A DNA stretch of 64,000 nucleotides, taken from positions 1 to 64,000 of the forward strand of contig JBGSUI010000234.1 of assembly GCA_041736175.1 (NCBI GenBank). Reading direction: 5' to 3'. The notes below the pieces were generated by a model. The model was not told the DNA's origin. It did no database searches and saw nothing but the letters and a program-made list of their open reading frames with translations. Source of the stretch: Oligoflexales bacterium. GTDB taxonomy: Bacteria; Bdellovibrionota_B; Oligoflexia; Oligoflexales; CAIYRB01. The translations under genes and the position numbers were made by a program. Below are positions 9,853 to 19,343 of this stretch, piece after piece (the stretch's first letter is position 1; the number at the start of each line of letters is the position of its first letter).

Positions 9853-11967
9853 ATGGCAACCAAAGGTGTTGGGACACTGAGTCAGGTATCTCCAAAGACT
9901 GGGGGAACCGCACTAGGTATATTAAAAAGTCCCGATGTCCAGCTCGCGGTAGGCGTAGTGGGAATCGTCTTTATGATGATTTTGCCCATTCACCCCTTTG
10001 TCCTAGATATCTTGCTTTCAATTTCCATATCAGTTTCCATTCTCATTTTGTTGGTATCCATCTATGTGAAAGAGCCTTTAGAATTTAGCACCTTTCCGAC
10101 TGTACTCCTCTTGACGACCCTGTTTAGGCTGGCGCTTAACGTAGCGACAACCAAAAATATTCTACTCTACGGCGCTGTTGATAATGTCAGTAGTATTGTT
10201 GAATCGTTTGGTAATTTCGTAGTCGGCGGAAATTTTTTGGTTGGGATTGTGATTTTCGCCATTTTGGTCATTATCAATTTTATCGTTATCACCAAAGGTG
10301 CAGGTCGGGTTGCAGAGGTGAGCGCTAGGTTTACCTTAGATGCAATGCCAGGGAAGCAAATGGCAATCGATGCTGAGCTTAGTCAAAATCTTATAGACCG
10401 AGATGAGGCAAAACGAAGACGCCTCAAGGTAGAGCGAGAAGCAGATTTCTATGGATCGATGGACGGAGCCAGCAAGTTTGTGCGAGGGGATGCGATAGCA
10501 GGTATTATCATTACCATCGTAAACATTATTGTGGGCCTTGGTATTGGTGTCTTGCAATATAATATGGATTTTATGTTAGCAGCGAAAAAGTTTACCCTGT
10601 TGACAGTCGGTGAGGGTCTTGTGGCACAGATACCGGCACTTATCATATCCACTGCCGCGGGTATTGTAGTGACCCGAGCCGGTGGAGAGACTGGGCTGTC
10701 AAGCCAAATGGGCGGCCAGTTTTTGGTGCATCCTAAGGCCCATTATGTCTGCGGAGCATTGATGCTTATTTTTGCTCTGATACCCGGAATGCCTTTTGGG
10801 CCTTTTTTGTTGTTGTCGATCGGCTTTCTGTTTTTGGGACGATACTCTGACCGTCAGCTTATTAAAATAAGTGAAATGGCCCAAAATGAAATTGATTTGA
10901 AGTCTCAAGCGGGGACCAAGGAAGAAACGGTCGAATCCCTGTTGCACCTTGATACTCTAGCTCTAGAAGTAGGAGTGGAGTTGGTGTCCCTTGTCGATTC
11001 CCAACAAGATGGGGAGGTATTAGACCGGATTGTTTCGGCTAGGAAGCAGTTTGCACAGGATATCGGCATTATTGTCCCAATGGTCATGATCAGGGATAAC
11101 ATATCGTTAAGACCTGACGAGTATCAAATTTTGTTAAAGGGCAATCCTATAGGTAAGGGACGGCTTCAGGTCAGGCGGTTTTTGGCTATGGACCCTGGCG
11201 ATGTCCTAGAGCCGATTGAGGGGATACGTACAAAAGAACCAGCCTATGGATTGGATGCTACCTGGATCCTGCCTAGCCAACGGGACGAAGCGAATTTTAG
11301 GGGGTATACGGTCGTCAATCCGGCGACGGTCATTGTAACCCATCTTACTAAGTTGATCCAAGAAGCGGCACCAGATCTCATAGGTCGACAAGAAGTTCAT
11401 AAGTTAGTCGAAGGAATCAAACAAGGTCATGAAAAGGTGGTTGATGAAGTCATCGCGACAGATCGCCTGACCTTAGGTGATGTGGTACGAGTGCTGCAAA
11501 ATCTACTCAGCGAAAGCGTGAGTATTAGAGATATGTTAACGATCTTTGAGACACTTGCTGATTACTGTAAGACTTTAAGAAATCCCGATGCTCTTACTCG
11601 GTATGTCAGAAAAGCCTTAGGGCGAAGTATCGTCAAAAAATACCTTAACCCAGAGGGTGTTTTAGTGGTAGTGGCTCTCGATAGGGCCTTAGAGGATATC
11701 TTAGTGGCGGGGATCACTCAAAATCAGGATGATAGTACCTCCATGTCTATTGAACCCGAATTTGCACAAAAACTCCTGAATAACCTCGCTGAAGGCATGA
11801 AGGGGTTTGAGAAAACCGGAACCCAGCCGGTCCTGATGTGCGGTGCGCGAGTCCGGTGGGACCTTCGAAAGCTTGTATCCCGTTTTATCCCAGGACTCAC
11901 CGTGCTAGCTTTTGATGAAATTCCCGCGGATATACCCACGAATACGATAAATACAATTCCAATATAG
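9853..11967 (+). CDS. flhA: Flagellar export protein FlhA
   Basis: RFTLDAMPGKQMAIDA, FYGSMDGASKFVRGDAIAG; ATG at 9853 follows GAGGAG. Confidence 0.98.
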   Translation: MATKGVGTLSQVSPKTGGTALGILKSPDVQLAVGVVGIVFMMILPIHPFVLDILLSISISVSILILLVSIYVKEPLEFSTFPTVLLLTTLFRLALNVATTKNILLYGAVDNVSSIVESFGNFVVGGNFLVGIVIFAILVIINFIVITKGAGRVAEVSARFTLDAMPGKQMAIDAELSQNLIDRDEAKRRRLKVEREADFYGSMDGASKFVRGDAIAGIIITIVNIIVGLGIGVLQYNMDFMLAAKKFTLLTVGEGLVAQIPALIISTAAGIVVTRAGGETGLSSQMGGQFLVHPKAHYVCGALMLIFALIPGMPFGPFLLLSIGFLFLGRYSDRQLIKISEMAQNEIDLKSQAGTKEETVESLLHLDTLALEVGVELVSLVDSQQDGEVLDRIVSARKQFAQDIGIIVPMVMIRDNISLRPDEYQILLKGNPIGKGRLQVRRFLAMDPGDVLEPIEGIRTKEPAYGLDATWILPSQRDEANFRGYTVVNPATVIVTHLTKLIQEAAPDLIGRQEVHKLVEGIKQGHEKVVDEVIATDRLTLGDVVRVLQNLLSESVSIRDMLTIFETLADYCKTLRNPDALTRYVRKALGRSIVKKYLNPEGVLVVVALDRALEDILVAGITQNQDDSTSMSIEPEFAQKLLNNLAEGMKGFEKTGTQPVLMCGARVRWDLRKLVSRFIPGLTVLAFDEIPADIPTNTINTIPI

Positions 11968-12073
11968 TAGGCAGACCTCCTAATCCACGGGCAGCCTAAA
12001 GCTTTCGCGCTTTTTTTATAATCCAACTTCTTGACTATTCAAGTATTTTCTGTTATCTGATAGATCCTTAGGG

Positions 12074-12463
12074 TTGGCTCATTTTGAGGTATGGAGATTT
12101 AAATCTTTGTTTAAGCTATTTGCAAAACCACTTGAACAAACAGATCAGGCTGAGCTGGTCTCTAAAAAGTTGGACTGGATTTTAAAATCTTGTCGTCCAA
12201 AAAAAGTTATTTTGTTTGGTTCAGCTGCTCGTTATCAGATGACGGACGCTTCTGACATCGATCTCATTCTTATATTTGCCGACACAGATAATTTAAAAAC
12301 AGTAAGAGAAAAGGTCTTTAAGGCGAGGCCTAAAGATGATTGGCCCCATGATCTGCTTCTTTACACTGAGACTCAGTTTCATAAAAGCGTCGCTTCAGGA
12401 GGAGGGGCAGCTTACCTAGCCCAAATCGAAGGTCGTGTACTCTTTCCTCGGGAGCTACCATGA
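12074..12463 (+). CDS. Minimal nucleotidyltransferase (MNT), putative antitoxin
   Basis: ILFGSAAR...SDIDL pol-beta motif; ATGA overlap with the HEPN gene; start uncertain. Confidence 0.85.
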   Translation: MAHFEVWRFKSLFKLFAKPLEQTDQAELVSKKLDWILKSCRPKKVILFGSAARYQMTDASDIDLILIFADTDNLKTVREKVFKARPKDDWPHDLLLYTETQFHKSVASGGGAAYLAQIEGRVLFPRELP

Positions 12464-12864
12464 GCCCACGCAAACAAGAAAAGATTTTTCCAGGCGCCTA
12501 TGCCCAGGTCCTTTGGCGGATCGCTGAAGGCGATTTTAAGACTGTCGTAACTCTAGCAAATGCGTCGGATTATAGGGTCGAAAACGCATTTTATTTGGCC
12601 CAACAATCCATTGAAAAATCCCTTAAAGCAGTTTTAGTCAAGCTCGGGCTACCGGTGCCTTTGGTTCATGATTTATCGGCACTATTAAGCAAGCTACCTG
12701 CCGATTGTGATCCGCCCTATGGATATGAGCTAAACGCACTCAGTGAGTATGCTACCATCCGGCGTTACGAGGAGGGGAGCTGGACTCCCACCCAAGACGA
12801 ATTGAAAGAAATCATCGTTAAAACTGCCGACATGCTAGATTGGGCAAAAAGCAAAGTCTTCTAG
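12460..12864 (+). CDS. HEPN domain protein, putative toxin partner
   Basis: AQQSIEKSLKA...HDL...RY pattern typical of MNT-associated HEPN proteins. Confidence 0.85.
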   Translation: MSPRKQEKIFPGAYAQVLWRIAEGDFKTVVTLANASDYRVENAFYLAQQSIEKSLKAVLVKLGLPVPLVHDLSALLSKLPADCDPPYGYELNALSEYATIRRYEEGSWTPTQDELKEIIVKTADMLDWAKSKVF

Positions 12865-12867
12865 AGC

Positions 12868-13002
12868 TTGACTACAGGACATGAGAATCACATTCCCCAC
12901 ACCGTCATGGCACAGCCTTCGTAGGAATGCTCCTCCCGGTAGATCTTTTGGTCCCAAGGCACCTTTTGATCCCGGTTAAAGATCAAAAGATGGCCGGCTT
13001 TC
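12868..13002. repeat. Direct repeat copy 1 (3' end of the AAA ATPase gene plus 20 bp downstream)
   Basis: Matches 14615-14750 with 9 substitutions and 1 indel by manual alignment. Confidence 0.95.
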
Positions 13003-14510
13003 AGTCCAACCTGATCCAAATACATCTTGGTTTGCTCAAGACCCTTGGCCAGGGTCTTTTCTTTGCTGCCATAAAGGATTTTAAGCTCAAACACCGCTTT
13101 TTGGACCAGGCTACCCCGAGTCGTCCCGCTGGATGTTTTGAGTTCAGGACCATAGGGCCAGGTGAGCAGGATATCAGTACGACCTCGACCCAAGCCGTAT
13201 TCCCGGTCGATGCGCCCCCCACCGTTGACGACCCTCTGCAGATAGGCTTGGAGGAGGAGTTGGGGGCCTGCTTCGTGATATTGGTCGAAGAGCTGGATCC
13301 AAGACTCACTGTTCTCCCGGAAAAACTGCTGAAAGTCTTGGAGCAGTTTTTCGATGGCAATCGAGCCATCAGGGTTGATGTACCACTGCCTGGTGATTCG
13401 AGGTTCTAGATTGAGTTGGGTCATCCAGGAGAGTTCTCTGGGGATGACCTCTTGATAAATAGGGTTTGCAATTTTAAGTCCTTCTGAGGTTCGTATAACA
13501 AGCCCTAGGTCAATGGCATAGGAGACGTGATCGGGATTGAGTGTATGAATATTCTCGCCGAGCAGAATGGGTCCGATGATACCATGAACTCTTGGCTCTT
13601 TAAGCTTATCCGCAAGTTGGTCGAGGTGGGTCACACGCCGCATGATCAAGGCTTCCTTGGCCGCAACGATCATCTCAGCCGTGATGGTTTGGCTGCGGTC
13701 TCGGCCAAGAGGGTTTTTAAAACAAGCTTCGTATGCGAGGGCGTTAACAAGCCATGGTTGGCCGTTCGTCAGATCAAAGGCGAGGTTTAAGGCTTCTTCG
13801 GTAAAGGCTTGGCCAGTGGCCTCGGTATGCTGCTGGTAAAGTGCCTTTACTTCGTCTCGAGTAAAGGGCCCCATTCTGAGGGAGTCTGAATTTATATTGT
13901 AAGCACTTCCGCCTGTTACCGGGGCCATTCCCGAGCCATCATCGAGGCGGTAATCGCGCATGTCGCGCACACCACAAAGGACGATGCTTTGGGGGAAGTT
14001 TTTGGGACGGGAGGAATATCCGCCCCGAATCTGCCGGAGTAGGATCACAAGACTGTCACCGACCAAGGCGTCAACCTCGTCGATAAACAGGACTGTAGGT
14101 AGGGGGCTCTGTCTGGCCCACTTTGCCATCAGCATCTCGAAGCCGTTTGCAGGAGCAACAGCCAGGGTGTCATGTATGTGCTCCTTAAAAAAAGTTTCTC
14201 CTAATGTTTCCTGCTCCATTTTCACCAGGACATTGGCGATCATTCGCGTAGCCTGTTCGACATCTCCCTTGGCTGTTTGCGCGCCTTCTACATTGATATA
14301 GAGACCTTTATATTTGCCGCTCTGATTGAGGATTTTGCAGAGTTCGAGCAGGGTGGTGGTTTTACCGCTTTGGCGGGGAGCATGGATGACAAAGTACTTT
14401 TCCTGGTCAATCAACATAAGGATCTCAGCGACGTCGATCCGCTGCGATAGGGGTATAAAGTAGTGCTTGTCTTCGCGGATTGGGCCTGCGGTATTAAAAA
14501 ATTTAGCCAT
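12888..14510 (-). CDS. AAA-type ATPase with C-terminal PD-(D/E)xK nuclease-like domain
   Basis: MAKFFNTAGP start; Walker A APRQSGKTT; Walker B VLFIDEVD; C-terminal GRTDILL...VFELK. Confidence 0.85.
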   Translation of the reverse strand: MAKFFNTAGPIREDKHYFIPLSQRIDVAEILMLIDQEKYFVIHAPRQSGKTTTLLELCKILNQSGKYKGLYINVEGAQTAKGDVEQATRMIANVLVKMEQETLGETFFKEHIHDTLAVAPANGFEMLMAKWARQSPLPTVLFIDEVDALVGDSLVILLRQIRGGYSSRPKNFPQSIVLCGVRDMRDYRLDDGSGMAPVTGGSAYNINSDSLRMGPFTRDEVKALYQQHTEATGQAFTEEALNLAFDLTNGQPWLVNALAYEACFKNPLGRDRSQTITAEMIVAAKEALIMRRVTHLDQLADKLKEPRVHGIIGPILLGENIHTLNPDHVSYAIDLGLVIRTSEGLKIANPIYQEVIPRELSWMTQLNLEPRITRQWYINPDGSIAIEKLLQDFQQFFRENSESWIQLFDQYHEAGPQLLLQAYLQRVVNGGGRIDREYGLGRGRTDILLTWPYGPELKTSSGTTRGSLVQKAVFELKILYGSKEKTLAKGLEQTKMYLDQVGLKAGHLLIFNRDQKVPWDQKIYREEHSYEGCAMTVWGM

Positions 14511-14524
14511 ATTGATCACTTAAT

Positions 14525-14558
14525 AAAAAAAGCGGTTAATTATGCCCCCGCTTTTTTT
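14525..14558. terminator. Bidirectional intrinsic terminator-like hairpin
   Basis: AAAAAAAGCGG-N12-CCGCTTTTTTT perfect 11-bp inverted repeat with A/T tails. Confidence 0.65.
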
Positions 14559-14614
14559 GGAGCTAGCGAGGGTTCACCCAACTCTAGGCTTTCCTATAGT
14601 CTAACGCGAGCTAT

Positions 14615-14750
14615 TTGACTACAGGACATGAGAATCACATTCCCCACACCGTCATGGCACAGCTTTTGTAGGAATGCTCCTCCCGGTAGATTTTTTGGTC
14701 CCAAGGCACCTTCTGATCCAAGGTTTTAGATCAATAGATGGCCCGCTTTC
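14615..14750 (-). pseudogene. Degenerate copy of the AAA ATPase 3' end (direct repeat copy 2)
   Basis: Encodes KAGHLLI* (TTT to TAA), then a 1-nt insertion, then DQKVPWDQKIYREEHSYKSCAMTVWGM*. Confidence 0.85.
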
Positions 14751-14767
14751 TAGGAAAGAGTCTATCG

Positions 14768-15763
14768 CTAAAAGTCTTCGTTAAAAGCCACTTCCCCGGA
14801 TACTCCGATTTGGTAGGCAGCGACTCGACGTTCGAAGAAATTGGTCAATTCGCGAACATCTTGGAGTTCCATAAACGAAAATGGATTCTTGGATTTATAG
14901 ATTTCGGGGATACCTAAAGTCATAAGCCGCTGATCGGCCACATACTGTAAATATAACCTCATGTCATCCTTCGAAAGACCAGCGATACCGAATTCGAGGA
15001 CGTCATCTGCAAATTCCATTTCGCAGTCAATCGCTTCATCGATCATCATGATAATTTGTTTTTTTAAATCGTCGTCGAAAAGATGGGGCTCCTCGCGACG
15101 GGCGACCTTGATGGTTTCGAAAGCAAAATTCATGTGACAGCTTTCGTCTCTAAAGACCCAATTGGTCCCAGTCGCAAGACCGTGCAAAAGACCCTTGGAT
15201 CTTAGGAAGTAGACATAGGCAAAAGCCGCAAAGAAAAACAAACCTTCGATACATGCAGCAAAACAGATCAAGTTTAGCAGAAATCTTTTACGATCTGATT
15301 CGGATTTTAACTCATAGAGCGAGTGGATAGAATCAATCCACTTAAAACAAAACTCCGCTTTTTTCTTAATGGAAGGAATGTTTTCAGTGGCTGCAAAGGC
15401 CGCATATCGTTCTTTTTCGTCAGGGAGATAGGTATCCAAGAGAGTTAAATAAAACTGCACATGGAGAGCTTCTTCATAAAGCTGCCTTGACAGATACATG
15501 CGAGCTTCTGGTGCGTTTATATGTCGATAGAGATTGAGCACCAGATTGTTAGAGACTATGGAATCCCCAGTGGCAAAAAACGCTACCAATCGATTGATAA
15601 GATGCCTCGTGGAGGGGTTCATCTTTTCTAAATCAGCTATATCACTTGAAAAATCGACTTCATCAACGGTCCAAGTGTTCTTAATCGCGTTTTTGTACAT
15701 CTCAAAGAACATGGGGTAGCGCATGGGCCGCAGGGTTAAATTCATTCCGGGAGTTAAAAGCAT
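14768..15763 (-). CDS. nrdB: Ribonucleotide reductase class I beta subunit
   Basis: Dimetal ligands FFATGD, EEALH, IEG, RDESCH and radical Tyr (HVQFY); ATG at 15763 immediately after the nrdA stop. Confidence 0.95.
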   Translation of the reverse strand: MLLTPGMNLTLRPMRYPMFFEMYKNAIKNTWTVDEVDFSSDIADLEKMNPSTRHLINRLVAFFATGDSIVSNNLVLNLYRHINAPEARMYLSRQLYEEALHVQFYLTLLDTYLPDEKERYAAFAATENIPSIKKKAEFCFKWIDSIHSLYELKSESDRKRFLLNLICFAACIEGLFFFAAFAYVYFLRSKGLLHGLATGTNWVFRDESCHMNFAFETIKVARREEPHLFDDDLKKQIIMMIDEAIDCEMEFADDVLEFGIAGLSKDDMRLYLQYVADQRLMTLGIPEIYKSKNPFSFMELQDVRELTNFFERRVAAYQIGVSGEVAFNEDF

Positions 15764-15764
15764 G

Positions 15765-18203
15765 TTATTGGCAAGCCTCGCAGAGTTCAGGATTTTCGAT
15801 AGAGCAAGCAATAGCTTCTAGATCTGTGGTCTGGGTCACGGTGGTTTTGTTAATCGACGTGGCTGATCGGGACCTCAGGTAATAGGTGGTTTTAAGACCT
15901 TTTTCCCAGGCATAGGCATACATAGAAGATAGCTTACCTATCGTGGGACTTTCGATAAACAGGTTTAAAGATTGGCTTTGGTCAATATATGGACCACGAG
16001 CAGCGGCGAGATCGATCAGAGACTTTTGGGGGATTTCCCAGACGGTCCGGTAAACATTTCTGATGTCTTCAGGAATCTCGGAGATGGTTTGAATAGAACC
16101 TTCATTGACCTTTATTCTATCCCGGATATCTTTAGTCCAAAGACCAAGGTCACGTAATTTGTTAACCAAATGACCATTTATTTGGAGAAACTCACCGGAG
16201 AGAGTCTCTCGTTTAAATAGGTTTGAGGATTGGGGCTCGATACATTCGTAAGATCCGACGATAGACGCTATGGTCGCCGTAGGGGCGATAGCAATCAGCA
16301 GAGAATTTCGTAACCCGTATTTTTCGATTTCTTGCTTTAGTTCAACCCAACGACGATCTTCTTTGGAATCAGGATGAATGCCAACGTGGATTCCCCAAAG
16401 ATCAGGTTGGAGCATTCCCCGAGCCGCTCTGGTTTCGGCAAAGGATTCATGGGCACCTTTGATGCGGGCTAACTCACAGGATTTTTTAAGGGCATAAAAG
16501 TAGATCTCTTCCTGGATTTTGGTGCTTAACTCCCTAGCTTCCAGGCTATCAAAGGGTAGGTTTAGTTTAAAGAATAGATCCTGAAGCCCCATAACTCCTA
16601 GGCCTACAGGCCGCCATCTATGGTTAGAGGCTTTAGCGGTGGGAATAGGGTAAAAGTTTATATCGATGACTCGGTCTAAAAACTCGACGGCTGTGCTAAC
16701 ATTTTCGGCAAGTTTCTCAAAGTTTACGGAGCCGTCGAGGGCGTAGTTGGCTAAGTTTAGGCTACCAAGATTGCATACGGCGGTTTCTTGGTTGTTGGTA
16801 ACTTCTAAAATTTCGGTGCAAAGATTAGATAGATGAATCACGTTAGCTGGAAGGAGAGTTTGATTGGATTTTAGATTGGAAGGATCTTTAAAGGTAATCC
16901 AACCGTTTCCTGTTTGGGCTAGGGTTTTCATCATGAGCGAATAGAGTTCGCGGGCCTTTATTTGCTTTTTGTAGAGCTTCGAATTTTCATAGTTTTCGTA
17001 GAGCTTTTCGAAGGTCTCGCCGTAGGTATCACAGAGATCGGGAACATCCTTAGGGTCAAAGAGCGACCACAAGCCATCGGACTTGACCCGCTTCATAAAC
17101 AAGTCAGGGATCCAGTTGGCTAAATTTAAATTATGACTCCGTAAGGACTCATCGCCGGTATTATTTCGGAGCTGGAGGAAATCAATAATATCAGCATGCC
17201 AAGTCTCCAAATAAATACAGGCCGCCCCTTTTCTTTTTCCTCCTTGGTTGACCGCAGCTACGGAAGAGTCCAAGGTTTTTAGAAAGGGAACGATACCGTT
17301 AGACTGGCCATTGGTCCCCTTAATAAGAGAGCCTCTCGATCTGACGCGATGATACGATAGACCAATGCCCCCAGCAAATTTTGAAAGAAGTGCCACATCG
17401 CGGTATTTATCGTAGATGGAACTGAGGTCATCCGTCGGCGAATCAAGTAGGTAGCAAGATGACATCTGCTGGTGTCGGGTCCCCGAATTAAAAAGCGTCG
17501 GTGTTGATGGCATATAATCAAAGGAAGCGATAAGCTTATAAAATTTAATAGCACCTTCGAGGTTTTCCGAAAGGCCGCAAGCCACTCGCATAAAAAAATA
17601 CTGGGGAGTTTCGAGAACCTTTCTCGATATGGGATCTCTCAAGAGGTAGCGGTCGTAGACCGTTCGGAGGCCAAAATATTCGAAATGGTCGGCATAATCT
17701 TTGGATATAGAAGCATTTAACTCTAATGCAAAATGGCGGACAAAACGATAAGTTGCATCAGAAATAAGCCCAGCCTTAAATCCACGAGCAATCGAGTCGT
17801 AAAAAGACTCAACCCCTTGGAGAATTTGGACTTCTTTAGAAATGGAAATATCCAAAAGTCGTGCCGCTAGCTTAGAGTACTCGGGTTCTTCGCCTATAAG
17901 CATCGCTGCGTTTTGGATGAGCAAATTATCAAGCTCCTCCGTACTCACGCCATCATAGAGCCCACGGATAGCCTTTTCGGAGACAGTCTTGATGTCAACG
18001 TTTTTGAGTCCTTTAGCAGCCCTCACGACTTTTTGGACGATCTGGAGGGGGTCGACGGCTTCTACGGATCCGTTTCTTTTTTTGACGGATAAAGTGCTAG
18101 GAACCGACCACAAACCCTTTAAGGGATCGCCATGGACTAGCCAGCTTGGGGATGGTTGTGAGGAGGGATCAATATGAGGTTCACCAGGCGAGTTCAAAAA
18201 CAT
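15765..18203 (-). CDS. nrdA: Ribonucleotide reductase class I alpha subunit with ATP-cone
   Basis: VKKRNG ATP-cone, PSTPT, SSC, SNLCTE, APTAT, KTTYYLR, C-terminal CEACQ. Confidence 0.97.
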   Translation of the reverse strand: MFLNSPGEPHIDPSSQPSPSWLVHGDPLKGLWSVPSTLSVKKRNGSVEAVDPLQIVQKVVRAAKGLKNVDIKTVSEKAIRGLYDGVSTEELDNLLIQNAAMLIGEEPEYSKLAARLLDISISKEVQILQGVESFYDSIARGFKAGLISDATYRFVRHFALELNASISKDYADHFEYFGLRTVYDRYLLRDPISRKVLETPQYFFMRVACGLSENLEGAIKFYKLIASFDYMPSTPTLFNSGTRHQQMSSCYLLDSPTDDLSSIYDKYRDVALLSKFAGGIGLSYHRVRSRGSLIKGTNGQSNGIVPFLKTLDSSVAAVNQGGKRKGAACIYLETWHADIIDFLQLRNNTGDESLRSHNLNLANWIPDLFMKRVKSDGLWSLFDPKDVPDLCDTYGETFEKLYENYENSKLYKKQIKARELYSLMMKTLAQTGNGWITFKDPSNLKSNQTLLPANVIHLSNLCTEILEVTNNQETAVCNLGSLNLANYALDGSVNFEKLAENVSTAVEFLDRVIDINFYPIPTAKASNHRWRPVGLGVMGLQDLFFKLNLPFDSLEARELSTKIQEEIYFYALKKSCELARIKGAHESFAETRAARGMLQPDLWGIHVGIHPDSKEDRRWVELKQEIEKYGLRNSLLIAIAPTATIASIVGSYECIEPQSSNLFKRETLSGEFLQINGHLVNKLRDLGLWTKDIRDRIKVNEGSIQTISEIPEDIRNVYRTVWEIPQKSLIDLAAARGPYIDQSQSLNLFIESPTIGKLSSMYAYAWEKGLKTTYYLRSRSATSINKTTVTQTTDLEAIACSIENPELCEACQ

Positions 18204-18332
18204 AACAACAACTCCAAAAATGACAGTCTCGATTCAGTAAATGAGCGAAATATATGAGTTCCAGTGAGCGTGTTTGGGACGCAAGCTTGATCTAAGGGGC
18301 CTTTGTAACGAAGGACATCAAATGACTCACAG

Positions 18333-18379
18333 ACAGCATATATAGTGTTTCAAATCTACGTCAACCCCATATATAGCGT
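18333..18379 (-). promoter_or_regulatory. Tandem NrdR boxes overlapping a putative sigma70 promoter of nrdAB
   Basis: ACAGCATATATAGTGT (18333-18348) and ACCCCATATATAGCGT (18364-18379), 31 bp apart; minus strand reads TTGACG-N18-TATGCT across them. Confidence 0.85.
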
Positions 18380-18469
18380 TTCTTGGCTTGACTTTTCCAA
18401 CTCCGCGACCTAGTTCACAAACAAATCAGGGATCCAATTTTTGGATCAATTGAGCTGCGGTCAAAGACC

Positions 18470-19279
18470 ATGGACTTGTCGAAAGGACGGGCACACCCGA
18501 TGGAGATGGATGTTGATGGAGCCAATATTTCTTACGAAATCGTCGGAAAAACCGGTGAATGGATAACATTGATCAATGGTTACAGTCGAAGCAAAGGGGA
18601 TTTTAAATTCTTAGCCCAAAAACTAGCCCATTTGGGATACCGAGTTTTGATATTTGATAATCGGGGTTCGGGCGAGTCTAAAGTCCGGCGACTCTTTACG
18701 ATGGGTGATATGGTTTCCGATGTTATTCGGTTATGGAACCAAGAGGGTATTCTAAAGTCTCATTTGTTGGGGATTTCTATGGGGGGGTTTATAGCACAAT
18801 CTGTCCTAGAGCAGTCGGATGCCGTAAATAAATTGATTTTAGTGTCGACCGCAGCTCGAAAATCAGCGGTGACTAGACAGTCCCGGTGGGGGCGCACGTT
18901 GGAATCGGTTTTATCCAATTTAGAAAACTATTTTTCGCCGCATTTTTGGCAAACAAACCAGAAAATCGCCCAAGGAATGGCCAAACAAATTCTTGAAAGA
19001 ACGGCCTCTGAGGAGTTTCAGGCCAACACGGAGTTTCAAGATGAGGCCATGCTGGGCTTTGATCTTTCTAACGTGAAGGCACAAAAAAATCCCAAAGTCT
19101 TAATCATCCATGGGACCGAAGATCTGATCATCCCGGCAGCAGAGACTCAAATCTTGAAGGAGCGGTTTATCGATGCGAAAGTAGCTTTGATACCAAAAGT
19201 CGGTCATCTGCTACTCGCGGAGTCGCCTCGAATTCTCTTGGAAGAAGTGAGCCATTTCTGTGCAGTGCCTTTAAGCTGA
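18470..19279 (+). CDS. Alpha/beta-fold hydrolase
   Basis: FDNRGSG, GISMGG nucleophile elbow, HGTED, GH catalytic His. Confidence 0.9.
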   Translation: MDLSKGRAHPMEMDVDGANISYEIVGKTGEWITLINGYSRSKGDFKFLAQKLAHLGYRVLIFDNRGSGESKVRRLFTMGDMVSDVIRLWNQEGILKSHLLGISMGGFIAQSVLEQSDAVNKLILVSTAARKSAVTRQSRWGRTLESVLSNLENYFSPHFWQTNQKIAQGMAKQILERTASEEFQANTEFQDEAMLGFDLSNVKAQKNPKVLIIHGTEDLIIPAAETQILKERFIDAKVALIPKVGHLLLAESPRILLEEVSHFCAVPLS

Positions 19280-19343
19280 TTGAGGGTTTATCAAATTGAC
19301 CTATGTTTAAATCAAAAATTTTTATTTAAAGTGAGTTTCTATC

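Noticed and set aside
12927..13409. 160-aa plus-strand ORF and the many other 60-170 aa overlapping ORFs in the track
   Set aside because: Antisense or out of frame within well-supported genes
12868..14750. Diversity-generating retroelement TR/VR pair: 6 of 9 substitutions have A in copy 2 on the coding strand and copy 1 is at a gene 3' end
   Set aside because: No reverse transcriptase in the window; non-A differences and an indel are present; several changes are synonymous, which fits a paralog remnant better
18276..18300. GGGACGCAAG...CTAAGG resembles part of a c-di-GMP-I riboswitch
   Set aside because: Lacks the upstream GGCAAA and GNRA hairpin and the GCAAAG core; lies antisense to the nrdA leader
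18204..18330. Cobalamin riboswitch upstream of nrdAB
   Set aside because: No GGGAA, GCCACTG or B12-box motifs in the leader
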